Below are positions 18,486 through 28,291 of a stretch of DNA of 64,000 nucleotides, one piece after another. Where the stretch lies: NCBI GenBank assembly GCA_965216315.1, contig CBDCFN010000016.1, positions 2,048,001 to 2,112,000 on the forward strand, in the 5' to 3' direction. Below the pieces are notes generated by a model. The model ran no database searches, was not told where the DNA came from, and saw nothing but the letters and a program-made list of their open reading frames with translations. This DNA is from a bacterium. Its GTDB lineage: Bacteria; UBA10199; 2-02-FULL-50-16; JAJFLM01. The stretch's first letter is position 1. The number at the start of each line of letters is the position of its first letter. Position numbers and translations under genes: made by a program.

Positions 18486-20012
18486 ATGAAACACACTCTA
18501 AAACTATTATTGGTATTCAGCTTAATTACGCATGCGGCATGCAATGCAACGTCTGCATCGAACACCGCATCGGAAGAAAATAAAGTCAACAGCGACTCCA
18601 CCAGCGCGACAATCTCAGCCACGGACGGCGGATCGATTACGAGTTCTGACGGAAAGATGACTCTAACGATTCCGGCCGGTGCGCTGGATGAAGACACGGA
18701 GATCACGATCACTCCGGTGGAAACAGACGAAGGAACGGTCTACGATTTTCAACCGGACGGTCTGGTCTTTAATGAACCCGCCACGGCGGACTTTGAGATG
18801 GATGTCGAGGAGATGGACGACGTGACCGACGAGAATGGCGATCCCCTCGATACCGGCAACATCATCCCGTCACTCATCCTCTTCCTCGTCAGCGACGATG
18901 GCAGTGCTGAAGTCCTGGAAGACGTTAATGTCTCCAGTGAGGAAGATAGCAGTATCATCCACGTCTCGGCGTCTGTTCCGCACTTCACCGGCCTGATCGG
19001 AACCGCCAGCAATGGCTCTTATGCCTACATGGCTAGCCTTGGGACTCATTATGTTGGTTCGGACTTCAAGCGTGATGCGACCGTCCGTTATCTCGGCTAC
19101 AGCAACACGCGTAGCTACCGCAACATGAGCCTTGCTTATAAATTGTTGAGCTCAACAGTAACCAAACTCGAATTTACGGTATCCGGCAAGGCCATCAAGC
19201 ACGTCAGCCCGAATCCGATCACGCGCAACGACTTCTTGAGCAAGCGCGGCCAGGAATCCGCCACGCGTCCCAAATTCAACTGTTACAATGTCGGCACCAG
19301 CACCGTCGAATTCAAGGCACACCTGACATCCATCGTCGAAGTCGTTTTTCAACCGGAAAACAAGACCCGTGTCTACACGATCAATCATACTGAATCGACG
19401 ACGCGCAGTGGTAAGTGCATCGCCAGAATCTCTTCGAATGACTACGGTAATTCGGGTGATGGCGAAGCGGTCAGCGTGGCCGTTTTATCAGACTCAACAG
19501 GTGACGTCCTGATCGATTACAACAACGAAGGCAACTTGGTTCCCGCTATTGAAGTCGGCGCCGAGTTCCCCGCCAGTGTCGATACAGAGCTCGTCAGCCT
19601 CTCACTGGTCGGTGATACGGACCTGGCCATCGAGATCAATATGAATGGTGACGTTCCTACGGCCAATCCCGATGGCGTTGTATTCGCGAGCTTTGATCTG
19701 CTCATTCTCGATCCCTCGGTCGGTGACACGGGTTTTGCGCCCTTTCAAGATGCCTTATGGGATCTTTCCATGGACGCTTCGGGCGCCGGTTCGGAACTCA
19801 CGCCAGGAGTGTACCATTGGAACGGTGACGCCCTGGTCGACAGCCCGGATGTCGCCCTTGAAGGCAGCGTCGACGGGCAGACGGTCACGCTCAACATTCC
19901 CCTCAGTGAACTGGACATGACAGCCGAACAGATCCAAGAGGCGGAGTTTCGCGCAGTCACGCAGCTGCACATGGACAATGGCGACTTCTTTGTCGATGTC
20001 GCGGAAATCTAA
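18486..20012 (+). CDS. Acidic lipoprotein with ZU5-like N-terminal domain
   Basis: HAAC lipobox; GGSITSSDG..LTIPAGAL...ITIT...F.PDGL.F..PA...HFT. Confidence 0.7.
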   Translation: MKHTLKLLLVFSLITHAACNATSASNTASEENKVNSDSTSATISATDGGSITSSDGKMTLTIPAGALDEDTEITITPVETDEGTVYDFQPDGLVFNEPATADFEMDVEEMDDVTDENGDPLDTGNIIPSLILFLVSDDGSAEVLEDVNVSSEEDSSIIHVSASVPHFTGLIGTASNGSYAYMASLGTHYVGSDFKRDATVRYLGYSNTRSYRNMSLAYKLLSSTVTKLEFTVSGKAIKHVSPNPITRNDFLSKRGQESATRPKFNCYNVGTSTVEFKAHLTSIVEVVFQPENKTRVYTINHTESTTRSGKCIARISSNDYGNSGDGEAVSVAVLSDSTGDVLIDYNNEGNLVPAIEVGAEFPASVDTELVSLSLVGDTDLAIEINMNGDVPTANPDGVVFASFDLLILDPSVGDTGFAPFQDALWDLSMDASGAGSELTPGVYHWNGDALVDSPDVALEGSVDGQTVTLNIPLSELDMTAEQIQEAEFRAVTQLHMDNGDFFVDVAEI

Positions 20013-20040
20013 TCGCCTCGCTCAACTCCCAAGGCAAACC

Positions 20041-20066
20041 GGGGTGGGAGAAACTCCTCCCACCCC
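20041..20066 (+). terminator. Intrinsic terminator-like hairpin
   Basis: GGGGTGGGAG-N6-CTCCCACCCC followed by a pyrimidine run. Confidence 0.65.
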
Positions 20067-20119
20067 CCTCTCTTCTCATTCGTTGCATTTCTCGAGTTTT
20101 TCCGGCAGTAACCACCACT

Positions 20120-21460
20120 ATGACAGTAAAACTCGATCAAGCCCGCAGTCTCGATGAAATCCTAACGCTCTTTCGCGATGAAGACGAGCTCGCCATCCCG
20201 CTCGCGACCGGACAACCGGTCACACTCCTGAACGCCCTGGATAACAAGAAAGACTGGAAGCGACTTCATATCTTTACCGGACTCCTGACGGGCCCGTTTC
20301 CGATCATGATGAACCCGAATGTCTATGTAACCAGCGGCTACTACGGACCGATCGAGCGCCTCCTCAATGACAATGGGGCGCACATGGATTATCTCCCGGC
20401 CAATTTTCGCGGCATCGAACTCTATGCGCAACGGCGAAAGTTCCGCGTCTGTGCGACAGTGCTCTCGCCCCCAGATGATCAAGGTTACTTAACCTTCGGC
20501 AGCCACGGGGCCGCCATTTATAATCCTTTTGTCGAAGCAAGTCGCGATCCTGACCGGCTCGCCATCGCGGAGATCAATACGCATATGCCTGTCGTTTATG
20601 GATCTCCTGAACTCGGCGATAACAAAATTCATATCAGTGAATTAGATGCCTACTATGTCTCAGAGCAGGCACCCTTGACGATGCCGGAGATCGAGGCCAC
20701 TGAGGTCGAAAAAAAGATCTCTGCTAATGTCCTTGAACTCATTGACTCCGGATCAACCTTGCAATTCGGCATTGGGGGTGTTCCCGATCAGGTCGCACGT
20801 GGCCTTGCGGCAAGTTCGCTCTCGGATTTTGGCGTTCACTCCGAGCTGATTTCCGATGGCTTTCTTTCCTTACAAGAAGCTGACAAGATCTCAAATCGCA
20901 ATAAAGGACTTTACGACGGCCAAACGGTGTTCACTTTTGCCTTCGGCAGCCAGAAGCTCTACGACTTTCTGGATGAACGCAAGGGGCGGAACCAACGACA
21001 GGTCATCTGCCTGCCCGTCAGCGTCGTCAACGACCCGGCGGTCATCGCCAAGAACAGGCAGATGATCAGTATCAATTCCGGCTTGATGGTGGATTTCGCA
21101 GGACAGATTTGTTCGGAATCCATCGGAGTAAGACAATACAGCGGCGTCGGTGGACAACTCTCTTTTGTCCAGGGAGCGTATGACTCGGAAGGAGGTAAGA
21201 GTATCATCTGCATCAAATCAACGGTTGAAGTCGATGGTAAAACAATTTCGAATATCCGCCCCGTTCTGCCGGAAGCCAGTGTCGTCTCCACGCCTCGCCA
21301 TTTTTCGCAATATGTAGTGACGGAACACGGCATTGCGAATCTCTATGGAGTTTCTGATGAACAACGCCCATTAAAGCTCATCGCCATCGCCGATCCGCAG
21401 TTCCGGGACGAACTGACAGCTGAATACGAAGAACTCAAACGAAAGTATTATAAGAATTGA
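20120..21460 (+). CDS. Acetyl-CoA hydrolase / 4-hydroxybutyrate CoA-transferase family
   Basis: TLQFGIGGVP, GVHSELISDG, SGVGGQ, GGKSII, VVTEHGIA. Confidence 0.9.
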   Translation: MTVKLDQARSLDEILTLFRDEDELAIPLATGQPVTLLNALDNKKDWKRLHIFTGLLTGPFPIMMNPNVYVTSGYYGPIERLLNDNGAHMDYLPANFRGIELYAQRRKFRVCATVLSPPDDQGYLTFGSHGAAIYNPFVEASRDPDRLAIAEINTHMPVVYGSPELGDNKIHISELDAYYVSEQAPLTMPEIEATEVEKKISANVLELIDSGSTLQFGIGGVPDQVARGLAASSLSDFGVHSELISDGFLSLQEADKISNRNKGLYDGQTVFTFAFGSQKLYDFLDERKGRNQRQVICLPVSVVNDPAVIAKNRQMISINSGLMVDFAGQICSESIGVRQYSGVGGQLSFVQGAYDSEGGKSIICIKSTVEVDGKTISNIRPVLPEASVVSTPRHFSQYVVTEHGIANLYGVSDEQRPLKLIAIADPQFRDELTAEYEELKRKYYKN

Positions 21461-22200
21461 CGAAGCGCTCCGAGTTGAAAATTCTTCTCTTACAGATCCG
21501 TGACGAGGCCCGCGTACGCGAAGAAGAGCATCAAAGTTTTATCATGCACTGTGAGCTTGATCGCTCCCAGATTGATGTTCTTAACGTCTTTGACAAGCCT
21601 CATTTCCCTCCCGAAGTCATTGACTCCTATGATGCCCTCCTCGTCGGGGGCGCCAGCGAAGCCTCGGTCCTGGAACCGGAGACCTACCCTTTCATTGAAA
21701 GCGGTGAACAGATTTTGATGTACTGCCTCGAGAAGGACATCCCCGTCTTTGCCTCATGTTTTGGGTTTCAGCTGGCCGTCGTGGCCCTTGGCGGTCAAGT
21801 CGTTCGAGACACGAATAACTTTGAGATGGGCGTCCTGCCTATCCAACTGACTGAGGCAGCAGCTAATGATCCTATTTTTATGGATGTACCCAATAATTTC
21901 ATGGCCGTTGCGGTTCACCAGGAAAAAACAACCAAACTACCCGCCGGGTGTGAACTTCTCGCATTTACCGAGCAATGCATCCATTCCTTCCGGGTCAAAG
22001 GAAAACCATTCTGGACCTTCCAATTTCATCCCGAAGTCGACCGTCCAACGCTTGTTGAACGCCTGACTATCTTTAAGAAAAAATATACCGAAAATGATGA
22101 TCACTTAGAAAAAGTACTCTCTTCCGCAGTCGATACACCGGAATCCAATGCACTGATGAAAAACTTCGTTGATCGCGTTTTGATCGGCGCAAATGATTGA
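21457..22200 (+). CDS. Type 1 glutamine amidotransferase-like protein
   Basis: SCFGFQ nucleophile Cys and QFHPE. Confidence 0.88.
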   Translation: MTKRSELKILLLQIRDEARVREEEHQSFIMHCELDRSQIDVLNVFDKPHFPPEVIDSYDALLVGGASEASVLEPETYPFIESGEQILMYCLEKDIPVFASCFGFQLAVVALGGQVVRDTNNFEMGVLPIQLTEAAANDPIFMDVPNNFMAVAVHQEKTTKLPAGCELLAFTEQCIHSFRVKGKPFWTFQFHPEVDRPTLVERLTIFKKKYTENDDHLEKVLSSAVDTPESNALMKNFVDRVLIGAND

Positions 22201-22294
22201 CAATTGAACGAGTCTTAACTTACAAGGTTGTTTACTTATCCCTCCGAAAGAGCGATAATAATGCATCTCCTGCAGAAAGGATCTCGCGCAGCAC

Positions 22295-23194
22295 ATGGCA
22301 GCAGCGAAACGTTACCGCTCTATTTTCTCACCGAGCACCGCGCAAGAAAGACGCGATAATTTCGAAAATTATTGGGCTTTTTCCCAAGATCATTCCGGTG
22401 AGTTATCCGAAGCCGATAAAGACCTCAGTAAAAAACGGGCGAAGTTGAAATATTTTCAGGATAATCCGGTCCGTTCACGCCAGCCGCTAAACAACCCAGA
22501 CCTATTTTATCGTAATTACGTGACGATGCAGGATGATCCCATGAGCCTGGATCGCAAGACCCGCCTCTTGACCTGCATTTACAAGTTTGCGCGCCACGAA
22601 TGGGTCGGCATTTCCGGAGCCTGGGATAGTACCCGGACGATGGAACAATCAAAGTCAATCACGGACAAGATCAGTCGTGTTCACCTCGCCGAGGAGTTCA
22701 GCCACGTCCGGCTGTTTCATGAAATGTTTCGCACGTTTCACCTGGACAAGGTCGAGTGGGTACCACTCGGGCCCGTCATGCAAAAGGTATACCGGTTTTT
22801 CCCTTATGTCCCCGAGCCGATCATGGCCGCGCCCGCTTTTGTCACGGAACTCATGGGCATGACCTTTTACATCCATTTAAATGTTCTTTTGGATGATGTC
22901 TTTGCCGATGAGCCGGAGGCCCGCGATCGCATTCGTGAGCTGCTCCAGGAAATCATGGTCGATGAGTTAGCGCATATTGGGCAGCGCCGTAACTACATGG
23001 GCGCATTGGGAATAAAAATGGCAAAGGCCATTGCTTCACCATTGTACCGACTTTTTTACCGCGACCTACCCGAAAGCAAATACCTCTTTGATATTCCGCA
23101 AATGATCAAAGACGGACTCGCCTTTGATTACAATAATCTGGACCCTGCCTTGATTGAGCGCAGTTGGGTCCCGAGTTATTGCCAAGCCGTATAA
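22295..23194 (+). CDS. Ferritin-like (diiron carboxylate) protein
   Basis: Ordered E (RHEW) ... EFSH ... E (TELM) ... ELAH ligand pattern. Confidence 0.65.
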   Translation: MAAAKRYRSIFSPSTAQERRDNFENYWAFSQDHSGELSEADKDLSKKRAKLKYFQDNPVRSRQPLNNPDLFYRNYVTMQDDPMSLDRKTRLLTCIYKFARHEWVGISGAWDSTRTMEQSKSITDKISRVHLAEEFSHVRLFHEMFRTFHLDKVEWVPLGPVMQKVYRFFPYVPEPIMAAPAFVTELMGMTFYIHLNVLLDDVFADEPEARDRIRELLQEIMVDELAHIGQRRNYMGALGIKMAKAIASPLYRLFYRDLPESKYLFDIPQMIKDGLAFDYNNLDPALIERSWVPSYCQAV

Positions 23195-23240
23195 TTTCTC
23201 AAGATTGGCAGCGCTATGATTCTGTGTTATAGAATCCGCC

Positions 23241-23504
23241 ATGGAGTATTTTCAGGAACTCGGCAAACTGGACCGTCAATTAATGGAACGCGGCCTGGAT
23301 AAGCGCGGCATCTCGACCCACAAGGGACTCTATGACCTCAACGAGATCAAACAGCGCATCCGCAATCATGACCGCGGAACAACGCACACGCCGGAAATCA
23401 CACCCAAACGCGCTCGCTTGGCGATGATAATGACTGCGGTTATGGGCCTCGCTATCGCTCTCCTTGGCGCCATTGTTGCCTTCTTCTTATCAAATCCGAG
23501 GTGA
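23241..23504 (+). CDS. Small hypothetical protein with C-terminal TM helix
   Basis: 87-aa ORF, hydrophobic C-terminus, abuts the next gene. Confidence 0.6.
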   Translation: MEYFQELGKLDRQLMERGLDKRGISTHKGLYDLNEIKQRIRNHDRGTTHTPEITPKRARLAMIMTAVMGLAIALLGAIVAFFLSNPR

Positions 23505-23506
23505 GC

Positions 23507-23830
23507 ATGAAATTGTTAGTCCTTATCGCTGGGGTCATCGCTTTATTATACAGCCCTAGCAGTTACGCCGGCAGCAAGCTGGATAAAAGCTGTTCATTTA
23601 AAGGAAAAAAACTTTATGGCAAAATCAAAGTCGTCGAAAGCTTTCCTGATCTTAAAATTAAAAAGGTCACCAGCTTTCCTGATTTGAAGGTTAAAGTCGT
23701 CACTTCATTTCCTGATAAGTGCGGCAAATGGCAATACGTCAAGAGTTTCCCCGACCTTAAAATTAAATTTGTTGAGAGTTTTCCGGACCTGAAGGTCCAA
23801 TTCGTCGAAAGCTTTCCCGGCCTCCCCTAA
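23507..23830 (+). CDS. Secreted protein with six VxSFPD repeats
   Basis: Signal peptide; roughly 10-aa periodic KVVESFPDLK units; two Cys. Confidence 0.8.
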   Translation: MKLLVLIAGVIALLYSPSSYAGSKLDKSCSFKGKKLYGKIKVVESFPDLKIKKVTSFPDLKVKVVTSFPDKCGKWQYVKSFPDLKIKFVESFPDLKVQFVESFPGLP

Positions 23831-23833
23831 GAG

Positions 23834-24232
23834 TCAGGCATACGGCAGGCGCTCTTCTTCAAAACTGCTCCCGATGAATGGGATTTGACGCCGCCGTATA
23901 ATCGTGATGATGAGCGCACAGACAAATACCGTGCTCCAAAGAATCATATGAGGGACGTCAAAGCCCAGTATGCTGATATGGGCAATCATCGCTCCGATCA
24001 TTGTCCCCAACGCCAACAAGGCGCCCCCGGCAGCCAAGCGTTTACTCAATAGTGCTACCGCGGCCGTAAATTCAATCACGCCAATGATAAAACGCCCCTC
24101 CGGCTCCATCCCGAGTTGAGTAAATATATGGATGCTATTCGGCTGCGAGCTGAGCTTGGACCACGCAGTCCAAAAAAGGATCGTAGCCACTAACATTTGC
24201 AGCACCCATAGCATGATTGTTTTAACTTTCAT
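23834..24232 (-). CDS. DoxX family membrane protein
   Basis: KL...IFTQLGMEP.GRF.IGVIE...GAMIAH. Confidence 0.85.
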   Translation of the reverse strand: MKVKTIMLWVLQMLVATILFWTAWSKLSSQPNSIHIFTQLGMEPEGRFIIGVIEFTAAVALLSKRLAAGGALLALGTMIGAMIAHISILGFDVPHMILWSTVFVCALIITIIRRRQIPFIGSSFEEERLPYA

Positions 24233-24241
24233 AAGGTCTCC

Positions 24242-25753
24242 TTACCTGGAGATTGGAAATAATACGTTAGCTTCATCAAGCTCGCGAAAACTCTTTTTGC
24301 CGAGTGACGCAAGTATTTCATAGTAATCATGATTCAATGATAAGACGTAATTGCGAACCCGTTGGGATTTGACTTCAATGTCCAAGCCGGCCTGTAAGTG
24401 CTTATCGTGTGTTGTAATGCCTACCGGACAGGTATTTTGATTGCACTGCATGGCCTGAATGCAGCCCAACGCCATCATAAAACCACGTGCCGTATAACAC
24501 GCCTGGGCCCCTAATGAGAGCGCAACAAACTGCCTGCCCGGGCTGACCAACTTTCCGGCAGATAAGAGTTTGAGACGGTCGCGAACACCTTCTTTAGTTA
24601 AGATCCGGTGAACCAAGGGTAGCGCCTGAAACAGTGGCATGCCAATATTATCCATAAAAGCCTTGGGAGCCGCACCCGTCCCGCCTTCGGCTCCGTCGAT
24701 TGAGATGTAATCCGGAAACATATCGAGTTCTTTCATTGCCTGTATCAAGTTACGGAATTCGTCTTCATGCCCTATACAAAGCTTAATCCCTACAGGAAGC
24801 TCTGAAATATCTTGAACACGCCGAATGAATTGCACCGTCGCTGCCGAGTCCGTACATTCCACATGATAGGGAGGTGAAATAACATCATGGTCCATGGGAA
24901 CACCACGAAGTTCTGATATTTCTTTGGTTATTTTCTCCTTAGGCAACAAGCCTCCTTTGCCTGGCTTGGCCCCTTGCGAAAATTTTATTTCGATCATCTT
25001 TACTTCTTGATGTTGCGCCAATTTGCGTAGCTTAGCCTCATTAAGCGAATTGTCCTCATTGCGCACACCAAACTTCGCTGTCCCCATCTGAAAAATGAGA
25101 TCACAGCCTTCCATTAGATGATTCTTAGGGTACCCCCCCTCTCCCGTGTTCATTGGAATTCCTGCCTTTTTTGCACCACGCGCCAAGGCGCGAATAGCTC
25201 GATCGCCCAAGGCGCCATAACTCATCGCACTGATGATGACCGGCTTGGATAGCGTGTACGTGTTCTTGATGTCACGTTCCTCACCAAAGGTCAGGGAATA
25301 GGGTTCCAATGCCTTGTTCTCCACCGGATACAATGAATGTCGCAAACGATAATCCGAACCGTCAAAGGGCAACTGCGAGCCAAAAGCGGATGAGGAATCG
25401 ACCCCCTTGGCCTTACGATAGATTTCCGCCCGGTCTACCCGCGAAAAGGGCCGCTCTTCCCAGTCATTCGCAAAAAAGTATTGTCGCATCTCCGGGCCAA
25501 CACTTTCCAAGAGATAGCGCAACTGGGCCATCCAACCGAAGTTTGCCAGCAAAGCGTGATTTTTTTGAAGGTGCCGATAGTAGAAATTAATCACGGCCAT
25601 AAAAAAGAAAGTAACCGTCAAAAAGTGATAGTAGAACGAATAAAAATAGCCGGCGGCCAAAAAAGCGAGACAAAGACAGGGAAGACCTATGTTAACGATC
25701 TTTGAAATTCGCTCCAGGTTGACCGTCAATCGATATTCCACTGCCATTCTCAT
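24242..25753 (-). CDS. FMN-binding glutamate synthase family protein
   Basis: SAMSYGAL, NTGEGG, EIKFSQGAKPGKGG, DGAEGGTGAAP, CIQAMQC...CPVG. Confidence 0.93.
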   Translation of the reverse strand: MRMAVEYRLTVNLERISKIVNIGLPCLCLAFLAAGYFYSFYYHFLTVTFFFMAVINFYYRHLQKNHALLANFGWMAQLRYLLESVGPEMRQYFFANDWEERPFSRVDRAEIYRKAKGVDSSSAFGSQLPFDGSDYRLRHSLYPVENKALEPYSLTFGEERDIKNTYTLSKPVIISAMSYGALGDRAIRALARGAKKAGIPMNTGEGGYPKNHLMEGCDLIFQMGTAKFGVRNEDNSLNEAKLRKLAQHQEVKMIEIKFSQGAKPGKGGLLPKEKITKEISELRGVPMDHDVISPPYHVECTDSAATVQFIRRVQDISELPVGIKLCIGHEDEFRNLIQAMKELDMFPDYISIDGAEGGTGAAPKAFMDNIGMPLFQALPLVHRILTKEGVRDRLKLLSAGKLVSPGRQFVALSLGAQACYTARGFMMALGCIQAMQCNQNTCPVGITTHDKHLQAGLDIEVKSQRVRNYVLSLNHDYYEILASLGKKSFRELDEANVLFPISR

Positions 25754-25840
25754 GCCATATTTCGGGGAAAGAATCTATTTCAATATGGCTGCAGCTTATG
25801 ATACCGTCACTAATTATCACTTGTGCGTGAGGAGGAACCT

Positions 25841-26191
25841 ATGCGTTTTATTGCCGTTTTATTATTTGTTCTAACCCAAACAGCTACTGCGTTTGCCGGG
25901 AATTGGTACGTCAAGCTCTATGATGATGCGGGCTTTACGGATCGAAGCCTGACGGTCGGTTATAAGCAAGACATCCAAAATATGCATAATATTCATTCCG
26001 ACGACGGTAAACTGGGTTTTAATGACAAGGCCTCTTCGGTCAAATATTGCATTCCCCAGAGTTGGCAGGTATCACTGTACGAAGATAAGTATTATGCGAA
26101 TCGCGCCTACGTGCTCAAGGGCTGTGGTGAAGAAAAGGATATGACCTATTTCGGCGACAAGACCTCGTCATTGAGATGGGAACGTAAGTAG
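25841..26191 (+). CDS. Secreted beta/gamma-crystallin domain protein
   Basis: GGAGG RBS, signal peptide, FNDKASSV and FGDKTSSL Greek-key motifs, LYED. Confidence 0.8.
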   Translation: MRFIAVLLFVLTQTATAFAGNWYVKLYDDAGFTDRSLTVGYKQDIQNMHNIHSDDGKLGFNDKASSVKYCIPQSWQVSLYEDKYYANRAYVLKGCGEEKDMTYFGDKTSSLRWERK

Positions 26192-26207
26192 CTGCTTCTA
26201 ATCAAGC

Positions 26208-26660
26208 TTACTTCATATCCTCCGGGATCTGGCTCGGATCAAATTCCGCGGTATTTTGGGCGAAGGTCCACGAATAACCATCGAGGTCTAAAACGCGGAA
26301 CATCGTATCGCCCCAGAACATCGTCTCGAGCTCCGACTTGATTTCCGCTCCGGCGGCCTTGGCCTTTTCATATTGGGCCTGGACATCTTCACAATAGACG
26401 TAGAGGCCTATTCCTTGTTCGCGTCCGGCATGTTTCGGCGTCTGGGCCAGGCTGCCCCACTTGCCTTCCTGCCCCAACATGATCTTCGTATCCAGAAAGG
26501 TCATTTCCGCGTGCACGATCTTGCCGTCCTGCAATAGAGGTTTGCCGTCCGGTTCAAAGCCGAAAGCGTCATGATAAAATTCAATCGATGCCTTCGGGTC
26601 AGTAACAAAGATATATGGCATCAATCCGGGCAGGCCTACGGGCTTATATGGCTGACTCAT
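26208..26660 (-). CDS. VOC/glyoxalase (PhnB-like) family protein
   Basis: PYIFV...IEFY..AFG, HAEM, MFWGD...DLDGY.W; GGAGG RBS. Confidence 0.9.
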   Translation of the reverse strand: MSQPYKPVGLPGLMPYIFVTDPKASIEFYHDAFGFEPDGKPLLQDGKIVHAEMTFLDTKIMLGQEGKWGSLAQTPKHAGREQGIGLYVYCEDVQAQYEKAKAAGAEIKSELETMFWGDTMFRVLDLDGYSWTFAQNTAEFDPSQIPEDMK

Positions 26661-26688
26661 CGATTCCTCCTTAGCATTTTTTCTTGTG

Positions 26689-27480
26689 TCAATCCATCGA
26701 CTCCCGTTCGAGATCGCGGACACGACTGCGGATCAAGGTCCGTAGCAAGGCATTGCGCTGAATTTTACCGAACAGGCGCCGAATATCATTATAGAGGCTC
26801 GGATCGGTCACAAGGGCTCCGGCGGTCCCCTCGCCCGCATTCACCTTGGCCAGAATTTGTTTCAATTCGCGAGAGGCACGACGCAACTCCTTGGCCGTCC
26901 CCGCCACGTTCCGGCTCAGCTGCCGCTCTTCGCTTTCGTAGATCATATCGTGAATCAGACCTTCTCCGGATTCGATCTCCTTGAGAATCGTTGTCATCGC
27001 TTCAGCAACCCGGTTGATGTTGCGCAAGGCGGCACCACCCTCTTCCGCCAAAGAAAACAGGCTAAGCTGTTTGGCTGAACGAATGGTATCTCCATGTTGC
27101 AAGATTTTCTGGTCCTTGCCGCCTAAAGTAATCGAGATCATCTTGTCACCCAACAATCCCTTGGTAACGATGCTGGCCGCCGAATCGGCGCGAATGCGTT
27201 CCTGATATTTCTTATCAATGGACAAACGCACATGGACCTTTGCATTGGCGACATCCGGATCAAACGAAATCCCATCAACCGTTCCTACATTGACACCGGC
27301 CAACAATATCGTCGCGCCCTCGATCAGACCGCTCACATCCTCGAAAGAGGTTGTGAGTTCATAGTCCTCGGTGAAATAACGTTGTTCATCCGCCAACAAA
27401 AATATCGTCAGCATGATAAGGGCGAGTCCGACCACGACAAAAACACCGACACGAACCTGCATCCATTTTTCTATTGCCAT
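26689..27480 (-). CDS. mlaD: MCE/MlaD family protein
   Basis: VGVFV TM, GL..GA.I..AGVNVGTV, GLLGDK; follows mlaE and mlaF. Confidence 0.9.
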   Translation of the reverse strand: MAIEKWMQVRVGVFVVVGLALIMLTIFLLADEQRYFTEDYELTTSFEDVSGLIEGATILLAGVNVGTVDGISFDPDVANAKVHVRLSIDKKYQERIRADSAASIVTKGLLGDKMISITLGGKDQKILQHGDTIRSAKQLSLFSLAEEGGAALRNINRVAEAMTTILKEIESGEGLIHDMIYESEERQLSRNVAGTAKELRRASRELKQILAKVNAGEGTAGALVTDPSLYNDIRRLFGKIQRNALLRTLIRSRVRDLERESMD

Positions 27481-27483
27481 AAA

Positions 27484-28287
27484 CTATCTCCTGCCTCTTG
27501 ATTTGCGAGGACGAGGCATTTCATCCTCCTCAAATTGATCCTGGGATCCGGAAATAAAGCTCTGCACCAACGAATCCTCTGTTTCGCGCGCCTCATCCAC
27601 CGTCCCGATAAAATGAATCTTCCCTTTATAGAGAAACGCCAAGCGGTCACTGACATAAAAAGCCGAAGCCATATCATGCGTTACCACGATAGACGTCACT
27701 TTGATCTTTTCCTGAATGTCTCGTATCAGGCGATTGATGCGGTGACAGTTGATCGGATCCAGACCGGTCGTCGGCTCGTCATAAAGAACCACTTCGGGAT
27801 TGGTCGCAATCGCGCGGGCGAGCGATACGCGTTTTTTCATGCCGCCGGAGAGATCGTTGGGCAACATCTCTTCAATACCCGGCAAGCCGACGAGTTCTAA
27901 TTTTTCCGCCACAATGCGATCAATCTCTGCTTCGGGCGTATCCGGCATGTGTTCGCGGATCGGATAAGCGACGTTTTCTTTGACCGTCAGCGAATCAAAG
28001 AGGGCTCCGCCCTGAAATAACATTCCCACCCGTCGACGCATCATCCGCAATTCTTTTTCGTCCATCAAATGCAATTCTTCTCCTTCGAAAAAAACCTTGC
28101 CGGAATCCGCATGGATCAGGCCCAACAGGATTTTGAGCAATACGGTCTTACCGGTACCGCTTCCTCCCAAAATCGTCAGCGTCTCACCCTGGTAAATGTC
28201 CAGACACAACGACTTAAAAACTTGATTAGAGCCGAAGGCCTTGGAGATATCAACAAATTCGATTAAGGTCTTCTTGTTTAAGCTCAT
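27484..28287 (-). CDS. mlaF: MlaF-type ABC ATPase
   Basis: GGSGTGKT, FQGGALFDSL, LSGGMKKRV, YDEPTTGLDP. Confidence 0.92.
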   Translation of the reverse strand: MSLNKKTLIEFVDISKAFGSNQVFKSLCLDIYQGETLTILGGSGTGKTVLLKILLGLIHADSGKVFFEGEELHLMDEKELRMMRRRVGMLFQGGALFDSLTVKENVAYPIREHMPDTPEAEIDRIVAEKLELVGLPGIEEMLPNDLSGGMKKRVSLARAIATNPEVVLYDEPTTGLDPINCHRINRLIRDIQEKIKVTSIVVTHDMASAFYVSDRLAFLYKGKIHFIGTVDEARETEDSLVQSFISGSQDQFEEDEMPRPRKSRGRR

Positions 28288-28291
28288 CTAG

